DNA of 38,413 nt from Armatimonadota bacterium (GTDB lineage Bacteria > Armatimonadota > Zipacnadia > Zipacnadales > UBA5352). Under the pieces are notes generated by a model. The model saw nothing but the letters and a program-made list of their open reading frames with translations. It was not told where the DNA came from and did no database searches. Of this stretch, positions 20,106 through 28,324 are shown one piece after another (position 1 is the stretch's first letter; each line of letters starts with the position of its first letter). Made by a program: the position numbers and the translations under genes. The stretch spans positions 1-38,413 of the forward strand of contig JAYENL010000120.1 in NCBI GenBank assembly GCA_034722055.1, given 5' to 3'.

Positions 20106-20924
20106 ATGACGACACGCCGCAAGGTCCTGATCGGAGGATGTCTCGTCTTAGCCGCCGCGGTAACCGCCTGGCTCGCATTCTCTGCCCAGGAGGAGCTCGA
20201 CCAGAGAATCAGGGAGATTACTTACCACTTCCTTGACGTAACGCCGCAGTCCATCGAGAAGCTCACGAGAGAGCGCCGGGGGCGCCATCAGCACCGTGTC
20301 GAAGTCTCGTATACCCCCGCCCCATCCGATCAGCAGTCCGTCGCCCGGCGCGCCAGCCTGGACGTTGACACCCAGCTTGGCTACGTGACGCGCGCACGAT
20401 GGCCCGAAGCATATGTGTGGGAGGCGAAAGGAGACGCCGCCGGCGAGCATGAGCTTCTGCCGATTGCCAGGAGATTCGCGGAGCGTCACTGCCCCTTCTG
20501 GACGGAGCAGTTCACGCTTGAGGAGCACAGGGGTTTCCCGCGGAATGAGCCGAGTGCCTACCTGTTCACATGGCTCCTGCGCGCTGAAGATGATGCCGCT
20601 ATCGGCAGAGTCATGATTGCGGTCTGCGCACAGAACAAGGAGGTCTTCTCCTATGCCTGCTCATACGCGCCACCTGAGCAGATGACCACGGCATCGGTCA
20701 CCCGCATGGAGGCGATGCGAACCGCACGCGAGCTGCTGACAGACAGGCATGGCGCCGCTGCACAGATAGACGATGTCACCTTCAGCCACCACATGAAGAA
20801 GTACGATGCACCCGTCTGGACCATCGACTTCCACGTGTCGCAGGAAGGCATGGAAACGTGGTACGACGCGGTGTTCATCGACGCGCGAAACGGGAAGGTG
20901 CTCTACCCCACCGACGAGTATTAG
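20106..20924 (+). CDS. Exported/membrane-anchored PepSY-like (YcdB/YcdC-like) protein, partner of cassette A
   Basis: N-terminal hydrophobic anchor; C-terminal VTRMEAMRTARE...VWTIDF...FIDARNGKVL PepSY pattern; GGAGGTG RBS. Confidence 0.7.
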   Translation: MTTRRKVLIGGCLVLAAAVTAWLAFSAQEELDQRIREITYHFLDVTPQSIEKLTRERRGRHQHRVEVSYTPAPSDQQSVARRASLDVDTQLGYVTRARWPEAYVWEAKGDAAGEHELLPIARRFAERHCPFWTEQFTLEEHRGFPRNEPSAYLFTWLLRAEDDAAIGRVMIAVCAQNKEVFSYACSYAPPEQMTTASVTRMEAMRTARELLTDRHGAAAQIDDVTFSHHMKKYDAPVWTIDFHVSQEGMETWYDAVFIDARNGKVLYPTDEY

Positions 20925-20993
20925 TGGAGAACACTGGGGACTCGAAGTCCCAAGTAGCTCGGACTGACCGCGTTGGCACAGAGTTACAACTGA

Positions 20994-22505
20994 AAGAATG
21001 CCAGTGTCACCACCAGTGACGAGATCATCCTGCACCACGCCGATGACACCTCGCACACCATCTCCTGGAACATCATCCACCACGTGGGCGATGGCATCGA
21101 TCCGCGCTTCACGGTTACCGTGGACATCTACGACCTGCAGGGCAACGCGGTCGCGCAACTCACCGAGGAGCACGTTGCGGCGGACGAGCAGGGCGAGATT
21201 GCCGGTGAGATTGATTGGGACACGGATCTCCCCGAGGAGAGCGGCATCTACACCTATCGCATCAGCGCGCAGCACGAGGACGGCCCGCCGGCGCTGGTCT
21301 GCGGCCCCGAGCCCGACAAGTCCTGGCGGCTCACAACGTCAGTGGACAGCTTCTACTACTCCGAGGCCAACCCGGAGACAGGGGTGCTCAGCGGGGCAGT
21401 CAGATACACGATGAACCGCGCCGCCGGATCTGTCGAATTGCAGTTCTGCGGTCCCGAGCTGACCACTCTGGGAACCCTGACCGGCCAGCCGACCGATGCC
21501 GGGTCGAGCTGGAGCGACGTCTACACGTTGACCGGCGTGGAATTCGATGAGGACGACGAGCCGATCGGCCCGATCTACTGTGTGCTCTTCGCCGACGAGA
21601 GCGCGGAGGACGCCGCCCAAAACCGCGACGGCCTCGCCAAACCGGCGCTGGAGAGGGGCAGCACGAATCTGGTGCGCGCGCTCGAGATCCTGGAGCCTGA
21701 CGAGAACCCCGTGACGGACAACAACTTCGTGTTCGACGACGCCGCAGACCCCAACGGTGCGTGTCAGGTGGCAGCGACCGGCACTACGCACGGGGTCTTG
21801 CCGCAAGCTGACCTGGAGTGGGAGCTCGACACCATCCAGGGCTCCACACTGACCAGCGATCCTGATCCACCCAAGGGGCAGACGATCACTTTCACCTACA
21901 CCCGGCTGCCCAGCTCCAACAGCGAGTTCGGGAACAAGGTGCTCACACTCTCGCACTCACAGGTCCCGTGCGAGGACACGCAGACAGTGCAGATCTTCTT
22001 CCCGCGCGATGCAACGAACCATCCGGGGCCTGACACGGGTGTCACACCAAACTGGTACTATTACTGGTCGGACGCCGGTGCGGACACCGGCTCCCACCAA
22101 TACGACCCGAATTCGGGTTCAGACGGATACTATCAGTTCGGGGATCCCCATTTCCACATTGGGCCAGGGGCGTGCGAGCAGGATGAGGGCTTGGTCGTAA
22201 TGGGTGATGGCATCGACAACTTCGGCTCGACCTGCCTTCACGAGAAGGCACACATGGACTACTACTTCGACGAGTGGGATCCGTACGACCGCAACTTCGA
22301 TCTCGACCGCGACTTCATGCACGACAATGACGAGCCGACTAAGACAGGCCTCGACGGCAACCCGTATGACCCGACCCAACAAGACACCAACTTCGACGGC
22401 TATTGGGATGGCGAGGACTGGGCCTGCAAGGCAGAGCAGACGTGGCAGATGGGATCGTTCGACGCTGTTGACTGGGCGAGTCCAGGCCATCAGAGCGCTC
22501 AGTGA
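20994..22505 (+). CDS. Cassette B: same N-terminal module plus an HExxH metallopeptidase-like C-terminus; lacks a proper start (orphan cassette)
   Basis: The frame opens after TGA 20991-20993 with KNASVTTSDEIILHH..., homologous to cassette A. The first usable start (GTG 21084) lies inside the homology block. Contains TCLHEKAH and Asp-rich DLDRDFMHD and DTNFDGYWD Ca-binding-like motifs. Confidence 0.6.
   Translation, partial: KNASVTTSDEIILHHADDTSHTISWNIIHHVGDGIDPRFTVTVDIYDLQGNAVAQLTEEHVAADEQGEIAGEIDWDTDLPEESGIYTYRISAQHEDGPPALVCGPEPDKSWRLTTSVDSFYYSEANPETGVLSGAVRYTMNRAAGSVELQFCGPELTTLGTLTGQPTDAGSSWSDVYTLTGVEFDEDDEPIGPIYCVLFADESAEDAAQNRDGLAKPALERGSTNLVRALEILEPDENPVTDNNFVFDDAADPNGACQVAATGTTHGVLPQADLEWELDTIQGSTLTSDPDPPKGQTITFTYTRLPSSNSEFGNKVLTLSHSQVPCEDTQTVQIFFPRDATNHPGPDTGVTPNWYYYWSDAGADTGSHQYDPNSGSDGYYQFGDPHFHIGPGACEQDEGLVVMGDGIDNFGSTCLHEKAHMDYYFDEWDPYDRNFDLDRDFMHDNDEPTKTGLDGNPYDPTQQDTNFDGYWDGEDWACKAEQTWQMGSFDAVDWASPGHQSAQ
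21018..21331 (+). repeat. Second copy of the conserved cassette module
   Basis: Aligns with 18722-19020 with a short internal divergent segment and a 15-nt indel. Confidence 0.93.
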
Positions 22506-22543
22506 TGCGACGCCACGGCACGTGCAGAAGGGAGGCGACTGAG

Positions 22544-23260
22544 ATGGGTAGATGGATGATGTTGTTGCTGCTCCTCCTCGGGTTCGTGGTCGGTTGCCGG
22601 GACGAGCAGGAAACGCAGAGCCGGACTGACCCGCGGCAGGCCGCAGGTGAGCTCGCTCTGCCGGCCGCGCCAGGAGGCGAGGTGTCGCCGGAGGAGGTCA
22701 CCAGACTCATAGACCAGTTGGGCAGCACCAAGTTCTCGGAGCGCATCTCGGCGGCGCTTCGGCTGGGCAAGTCCGGTGCGCCTGAGGCCGCAAGCGCCCT
22801 GCTGGCCGCTCTTCGCGACGAATGTGCTCTATCAGACCGGCAGGTAGAGGCGCGCAACATGGAGGGTCCTGGGCTCACGCCCGCGGTGGCCAGCGGCTTC
22901 GTAAAGGGCGCTTACCAGATGGGACTGTGGAAGCTCGGACCCCAAGTTCGCGAGGAAGTGCAGGGTGAGCTTGCTAGAGCCGACGGGGAGTTCCACGACT
23001 GGCTCGTCATCGTCCTCGGCTATCTCGGCGATAAGGAGCAACTGGAGCCGCTGATGACGTTGGCGCAGGGGAGCCCGGATGGGTTCGTGCGCGAGGCCGC
23101 GGCCCGCGCTCTGGGCCATCTGGGCAGGGCCGAGGCCATCCCTGTACTGCAGGACGCCCTCAACGATCCATTCGTGGTCCAGATGCACGATGTTCGTATA
23201 CCCCTCGTACGCGAAGCCGCCCGGGCGGCCCTGCGGCAGTTGGGCGCGCAAGAGCAGTAG
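22544..23260 (+). CDS. HEAT-repeat (PBS-lyase-like) lipoprotein, partner of cassette B
   Basis: MGRWMMLLLLLLGFVVG-C lipobox-like signal; repeats ERISAALRLGK, VREAAARALGHLG and VREAARAALRQLG; GGGAGG RBS. Confidence 0.78.
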   Translation: MGRWMMLLLLLLGFVVGCRDEQETQSRTDPRQAAGELALPAAPGGEVSPEEVTRLIDQLGSTKFSERISAALRLGKSGAPEAASALLAALRDECALSDRQVEARNMEGPGLTPAVASGFVKGAYQMGLWKLGPQVREEVQGELARADGEFHDWLVIVLGYLGDKEQLEPLMTLAQGSPDGFVREAAARALGHLGRAEAIPVLQDALNDPFVVQMHDVRIPLVREAARAALRQLGAQEQ

Positions 23261-23363
23261 CATGCGCCGAGTGCGGGTGGCCGCAGGAGGGCCTGTGCCC
23301 CCCGGCCGTGTGTGCGCGACCCTCAATGGGGCCTTGCCGTGGCGGGCGAAAGTACACCTGTTC

Positions 23364-23431
23364 TGGGGCATCATGGATGAGATGACGCTGACGCTTCCGG
23401 TGCAGACCTGGACGCCCAAGAACGGGGTGGT
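23364..23431 (+). repeat. Remnant of a third cassette head (68-bp exact copy of 18641-18708)
   Basis: Exact repeat, followed after about 75 nt by the second PepSY-like gene with no effector C-terminus in between. Confidence 0.9.
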
Positions 23432-23506
23432 CAATGCAATGCCTCGGGGAGGGGCGCCAGACTCCATGACAACACAGAGACAAGTTGCGAGCCAGGAGGC
23501 AAGGTC

Positions 23507-24367
23507 ATGAGCGCACCTCGCATGGCGCTGATCGGAGGATGTCTGGTCTTCGCCGCAGCAGTAACCGGCTGGATCGCATTCTCTGCCGAGCAGGAGCATG
23601 ACCACAGAGGCAGGAGGATGACCTCCCACCTGATTGACGTCACGCAGCCGGATCCTCGGCACGTGGTCGCTCAAGCACTGGCAGTCAAAGAGGATGCGGT
23701 GCGCATCCAGAGGATCAGCCACAAGGAGGGCGGCCGAGAGGTGGTCGTCCAAGCCACGGTCCTTGACGGGGAGCACGAGCGCGTCAAGGTCACCTACAAC
23801 GCTGAGACTCGGTTCCTACGCCGCGTTTTCTGGCCGGACAGAAGGGTCTCCGAGCCCGAGGACACGCGGATCCCGATGGAGGAGGCGCTGGAGCAGGCGA
23901 AGCGACTGAAGGCGCGACTCTTCCCTCCCGTCCCGGTGAGGATGCAGCTTGTCGAGAGGGCAAGACGCGATCAGCCACCCTTTTACACTTTCATCTGGCA
24001 GGCACGCGCCGCGCCGGGCGTGTACACGGGGGATATGGTGTCGGTGCTTATCTCAAGCATAACCGGCGAGCCCATCTCCTACGTGCAGAGGGTCGCGAAG
24101 GTGCGTCCCGAGCTCGAAGACATCGACGTTGGGAGGGACAGGGCGATGGCGATTGCGCGGGAGCATCTGCACGGTCGGTACGATTCGCCGGTCGAACTGT
24201 CGCTCGATGAGCCCAGGCTGATGCTGAGCTCCCCGATACACCCGGACGAGGGTTCCGTGTGGATCGTGGATTTCGACGTGAAGCCCTCCGGCGACAGACA
24301 GCCGATGGGCACGATGGAGCGCGCTTGAGCCGTGATCGACGCCATGTCCGGCGAGGTGCTGCAATGA
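23507..24367 (+). pseudogene. Second PepSY-like exported protein with an in-frame TGA at 24326-24328
   Basis: The N-terminus is paralogous to 20106 (LIGGCLV.AAAVT.W.AFSA). After the TGA the frame continues AVIDAMSGEVLQ*, the IDAxxG motif seen in the paralog (FIDARNGKVL). Confidence 0.7.
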
Positions 24368-24503
24368 CTGCTTGGGGCTGACCCGGACCCCAAGGCCGTC
24401 TGGTTGAGCCGGCAGTCGGCAGCCACAATGATGGTGGTGGCGGCGTCGGGTATCGGCCTCGTCGGCGACGAGGAGTGAAGGCGTTCACAACCGAGGAGAG
24501 ATC

Positions 24504-25262
24504 ATGAGGCTCCACTGCACGAGGAGCGCGGCGGTGCTGCTGGCAATCCTGGCGCCAGCGGTGCTTAGCGCTACGGCTGTGTTCTCTCAGCAATCGCCTC
24601 CGGAGGCAGGCGAGCAGTTCAGGCGGCAACTGAGCGCACTCGCGGAGATCAAGGCGTCCGAGAACCTGACCGCTGAGGAGAAGGCGGGAACGGTGATGGC
24701 CGCGCTGGAATCCGAGGTGCGAGAGCCGCTGGATCGCCCCGGCACCCCGGCGTTGGCCAGCGGCTATGCGCTCACCGAGCACCTGCGGATCGCATACGTC
24801 TCGGTCCTGGGCGAGCTCCTTCTGCCCGACGCACTGTGGCAGCGGCGTGCGGCTATCCCGACGGGAGACGAAGCTAAGGCGACTGACACGACGCTACGCA
24901 GGTTGCTGCTCTTCGCGTTCGCCACATCAGCCGCGAAGCATGAGGACGCGGCAATCGCCGAGGCCAGGCGGCAACGCGCCATCGAGCAGTTGACCCGCCT
25001 CCTGAGAACCGACGAGGATGACTTGATACGGGCGCTGGCCGCGCGCTCGCTGGGTTTCCTCGACACGAGGGAGGCGAAACCTGCCCTCGCAGAGGCACTC
25101 AACGACCCGGCATTTCGTGATGTGGAGGGCCTCACGGATATTGGAGCCCCGGGATGGGGATCGAGGCAGTACCTGGTCAGGCTGGAGGCGGCTCTGGCTC
25201 TGAGGCGGATGGGATTCGCAATCCGACATCCATCGCACGATGTGTGGCTGCTGGAGGAGTAG
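24504..25262 (+). CDS. Secreted HEAT-repeat protein, paralog of 22544-23260 (orphan partner)
   Basis: Signal peptide. IRALAARSLGFL...EAKPALAEALNDP...LVRLEAALALRRMG aligns with VREAAARALGHL...EAIPVLQDALNDP...LVREAARAALRQLG. GAGGAG RBS. Confidence 0.75.
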   Translation: MRLHCTRSAAVLLAILAPAVLSATAVFSQQSPPEAGEQFRRQLSALAEIKASENLTAEEKAGTVMAALESEVREPLDRPGTPALASGYALTEHLRIAYVSVLGELLLPDALWQRRAAIPTGDEAKATDTTLRRLLLFAFATSAAKHEDAAIAEARRQRAIEQLTRLLRTDEDDLIRALAARSLGFLDTREAKPALAEALNDPAFRDVEGLTDIGAPGWGSRQYLVRLEAALALRRMGFAIRHPSHDVWLLEE

Positions 25263-25374
25263 AGACCGTCTCGTCGTTGGCAGTCGAAGCGCTTGGGATG
25301 ACCTGGGCCTGTACGATGCTGAGATTCCTAACGATACCCACGCCTCAGCAAGCGCCGGCAGCCTGCCTCCGCTC

Positions 25375-27291
25375 TCACTCTGCAGGAAAGCGGAAGGAGT
25401 AGAGGTCGGCGTCGTAGAGCCGCACGCGCAGGCGGACGGGAGTGCCGGCCAAAGCACTCAGGTCGCTGGCGTCGTTCCAGGTGACCGTGTGCTGGATCTC
25501 GTTGCCGAAGAGCAGCTCACTGTCGCGCAGCGAGTAGCCCTCGATGGGCTCTCCGGCCTCGTCGCACAGCTCAAAGCGCATCCAGCCCACCGCAGAGGTG
25601 GCGTAGTTCACCACGAGCCGATCCCCGGAGAAGATCAGCGGCCGGGTGATGATCTCCCCCATGTCGCCGCCGGCGTGCACGGAGACGAAGCCGTCGGTGC
25701 GGATGGTGCCCCGGCGCAGGCGCATGGTCGGATGGCGGTAGTGCTCCGTCCAGTAGAGCGAGATCTCCTCCGGGGAGGTCTGCATCATCCCCCAGCCGGG
25801 GTAGTTGTTGCGGTCGGTCCAGACCTCGGGCTCGGCGGCGGGGCGGATGAAGCCCTCCTCCCAGCGCTCGAAGTGCAGGCCGTCGCGGCTGCTCATCAGG
25901 ACTGCGTCGCTGACGCCGCTGCTGGGGTGCTCATCGATCTTCTTGCGTGAGGGGACGAAGCGAGCCGGGGTGCCGATGTAGATGTGCGGAGCGCGGAAGT
26001 AGGGCCGGATGCCGTTGGTGTACATGTGCTGCTTGCGCTCGTCGGCGTACTCGATGAAGACAGGCTCGGTCCAGTTCACGAAGTCCTCGCTGGTGCAGGT
26101 CATGATGTCCCGCACGCCCTCGCGTCCCTGGCGGTGGTACTCCACGTAGAGGCCCCGCAGCGGGTCCCAGAAGGCCAGGTTCTGGGAGTCGAAGGCGCCC
26201 TTGGTGATGACGGGCTCCCCGGTGAGGTCCTGCCAGTGGATGCCGTCGGGGGAGACGTGGGCGGCCAGGCCGTGGCCGTGGTCGCTGTAGCCGAGGGCCT
26301 TGAAGCGCTGGTCGTCGGGAGCGGCGGGGTTGGGGTCCTTGAAGGGCGTGAAGTTGTGGGCGCCCTTGCCCTGCCAGATGATATTGTTGTCCGTGGAGCC
26401 ATCGAACTCGAAGAGCCCCACCGTGGGGCGCTGGAAGTAGATGCCGTCGGTGCTCTCGGCCACGCAGGTGACCTGCCCGGTCTCCTCGCTGCTGCCCCGG
26501 TAGTAGAGCAGGATCCGCTCGCCGTCCTGCACCAGGGCGAAGTAGGCCGAGGTGTTGCCCTCCCAGGGCCTGTCGAGCTGCAGGACGATCTCTCGCCGGG
26601 TGGGACGGTGGAGGCGCCGCTCGACCGCGCCGGCGGTGCCATCGATCAGGAAGCTGTCCACGAACAGCTCCAGGCGGTCGGCGATCTCGGCCGGCTCCCT
26701 GTCACCGGGCTCGGCACGCTCCAGGCCGGCGCTGCCGGGCTCCGCGCCGCCCTGGACGGTGAGGGCGACGTCGTCGGCATCGAACTCACCCACGTCGCCG
26801 ACGTAGGCGTAGAGGGAGGCCGAGACCTCCCAGGCCATCTGCGGGGCGGCGGCGGTGACCTCCACCCGCGCCCACCCGTCGGTCGGCCCGGTGGCGCGGG
26901 CGTACTTGTTGTGGATGCGCTCGCCAAGCTGGTCGTAGATGTTGATGTAGACCCCCGGCTGGCAGTCGTCGGCGGTGCGGAACCAGGCGCTGGCGGTGTA
27001 GGTGCCGCCGGGGCGAGCCGGCACCCGCTGGCTCTCCAGGAAGAGGCCGGCGTCGTCGCGCTCATCGACGAAGTGGACGTAGCCGTCGCCGGCGTGTCCG
27101 CCGTCGGCCTGCAGCGCGACGCCCTCCGGCTCCCGGAGGCTCCAGTGGACCGGCGTCCCGTCCTCGGTCCCGCCCTCCTCGAAGCCCGGATTGGCGACGA
27201 GGTTGGCGTCATCGGCAGCCATCGAGGCGGTGGCAAGTGCGGCGATAGTCAGCAGCATGATCGTGGTCATCCCCGTTCGCGGTACTGGCAT
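25375..27291 (-). CDS. Secreted protein: CBM-like N-terminal domain plus a GH32/GH43-like beta-propeller
   Basis: Signal peptide; NLVANPGFE CBM4/9-like start; Asp-box motifs S.DG..W/F (ESTDGIYF, SPDGIHW, SEDFVNW, SRDGLHF); FDSQN. Start set at ATG 27291 after GGGAGG. Confidence 0.7.
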   Translation of the reverse strand: MPVPRTGMTTIMLLTIAALATASMAADDANLVANPGFEEGGTEDGTPVHWSLREPEGVALQADGGHAGDGYVHFVDERDDAGLFLESQRVPARPGGTYTASAWFRTADDCQPGVYINIYDQLGERIHNKYARATGPTDGWARVEVTAAAPQMAWEVSASLYAYVGDVGEFDADDVALTVQGGAEPGSAGLERAEPGDREPAEIADRLELFVDSFLIDGTAGAVERRLHRPTRREIVLQLDRPWEGNTSAYFALVQDGERILLYYRGSSEETGQVTCVAESTDGIYFQRPTVGLFEFDGSTDNNIIWQGKGAHNFTPFKDPNPAAPDDQRFKALGYSDHGHGLAAHVSPDGIHWQDLTGEPVITKGAFDSQNLAFWDPLRGLYVEYHRQGREGVRDIMTCTSEDFVNWTEPVFIEYADERKQHMYTNGIRPYFRAPHIYIGTPARFVPSRKKIDEHPSSGVSDAVLMSSRDGLHFERWEEGFIRPAAEPEVWTDRNNYPGWGMMQTSPEEISLYWTEHYRHPTMRLRRGTIRTDGFVSVHAGGDMGEIITRPLIFSGDRLVVNYATSAVGWMRFELCDEAGEPIEGYSLRDSELLFGNEIQHTVTWNDASDLSALAGTPVRLRVRLYDADLYSFRFPAE

Positions 27292-27317
27292 TGTGCGGCC
27301 TTCCTCCCTGCACGTGC

Positions 27318-28082
27318 TCATTCGGCCGGGCGCACCTGACTCAGCAGCTCATGGGCCCTCGACGTGATGGCCTCCACTACGGCGCCCACCCCGCGCTGGC
27401 CGTAGTCGGCGGAGGCGTGCTGGCGGGGGTCGCGGCCGCCGATGCCGATCAGAGTGGCGTCGGGATCCTCGGGCAGCCGGCTCAGGTCCACCAGCTCCGG
27501 GCGCATCGCCATCATCAGCGACGTCTCCCAGGCTCCGGCGTGGTCCCCGGCGGTGGGGATCTCGTCCTGCACCAGGTCGTAGCCGCTGGTGGCCCAGGCC
27601 CGCGTCGGCCGGCACAGCACGTTGAACCACTCAGCGGCGGCCGTGGCGTGGTTGCGCAGCGGGTAGTGGCCTGCGATGAGCGTTATGACCTGGAAGCCGA
27701 GGCTCTTGATCTCCCGCAGGATGTGGATCAGCAGCTCAATGTAGGCCCGATCCTGCTCCTGGATGGAGCGGCCCATGTAGCCGGGGGCGAAGTTCTCCTC
27801 CGGCAGCGCGTACTTCTGCTTGATGAGGCCGCCGGGATCGTGGTTCGTCTCCATGAGGTAGGCCTCGCGGTTCTCCCCGTAGAACAGTGGCGGGAACCGC
27901 AGGCCGCCGGCGGCCTCGGCGCAGCGGACCGCGATCTCGTTGGCCTTCACCGTGTCCAGCCCCACGCAGTTGTGCTGCCCGTGCCACTCCACGCCGCCGA
28001 CGGCGAGGTAGGCGATGGGGCACTCCTGGCGGGCCTGGACGATCTCGTGGGGCAGCAGCTCTTCGTACCTGACGTTGCGCAT
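27318..28082 (-). CDS. Creatininase/creatinine amidohydrolase family protein
   Basis: GGVEWHGQHN..GLD, AGHY and DHAGAWETS. Start MRNVRYEEL.P after GGGAGG. Confidence 0.85.
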   Translation of the reverse strand: MRNVRYEELLPHEIVQARQECPIAYLAVGGVEWHGQHNCVGLDTVKANEIAVRCAEAAGGLRFPPLFYGENREAYLMETNHDPGGLIKQKYALPEENFAPGYMGRSIQEQDRAYIELLIHILREIKSLGFQVITLIAGHYPLRNHATAAAEWFNVLCRPTRAWATSGYDLVQDEIPTAGDHAGAWETSLMMAMRPELVDLSRLPEDPDATLIGIGGRDPRQHASADYGQRGVGAVVEAITSRAHELLSQVRPAE

Positions 28083-28114
28083 ACGGACCCTCCCGATACG
28101 TGGCGCGCAGCGAC

Positions 28115-28255
28115 TCACAGCGGCGGCCCGAGCAGCTCAACCAGTGCATCAACGAAGGCGTCTATGTGCTCCGGTCCCCGGGCGGTGATGATTCTCGCAT
28201 CCACCTCCACGGGTTCGCCGGTGACCACAGCTCCCGCCCTCCTCAGCTTCCCATC
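28115..28255 (-). pseudogene. C-terminal fragment of a DJ-1/PfpI-family protein
   Basis: Manual translation DGKLRRAGAVVTGEPVEVDARIITARGPEHIDAFVDALVELLGPPL* matches the DJ-1/PfpI C-terminal pattern (AGA....V.VD..IIT..GP....F). The N-terminal catalytic part is absent. Confidence 0.6.
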
Positions 28256-28324
28256 GCTGCCCCGTGCGCCCGCGCCTGTCCGTCCCACCGGCGGGCCGCA
28301 TTGCTTACCAGCCCCGAGGCCGGA

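Noticed and set aside
18641..23431. Repeats as a diversity-generating retroelement TR/VR pair
   Set aside because: No reverse transcriptase in the window. The repeats are N-terminal and identical or generally diverged, not adenine-specific.
23079..23510. 143-aa + ORF containing the 68-bp repeat
   Set aside because: Overlaps the HEAT gene out of frame. Only the short repeat segment looks coding, so it is treated as a cassette remnant.
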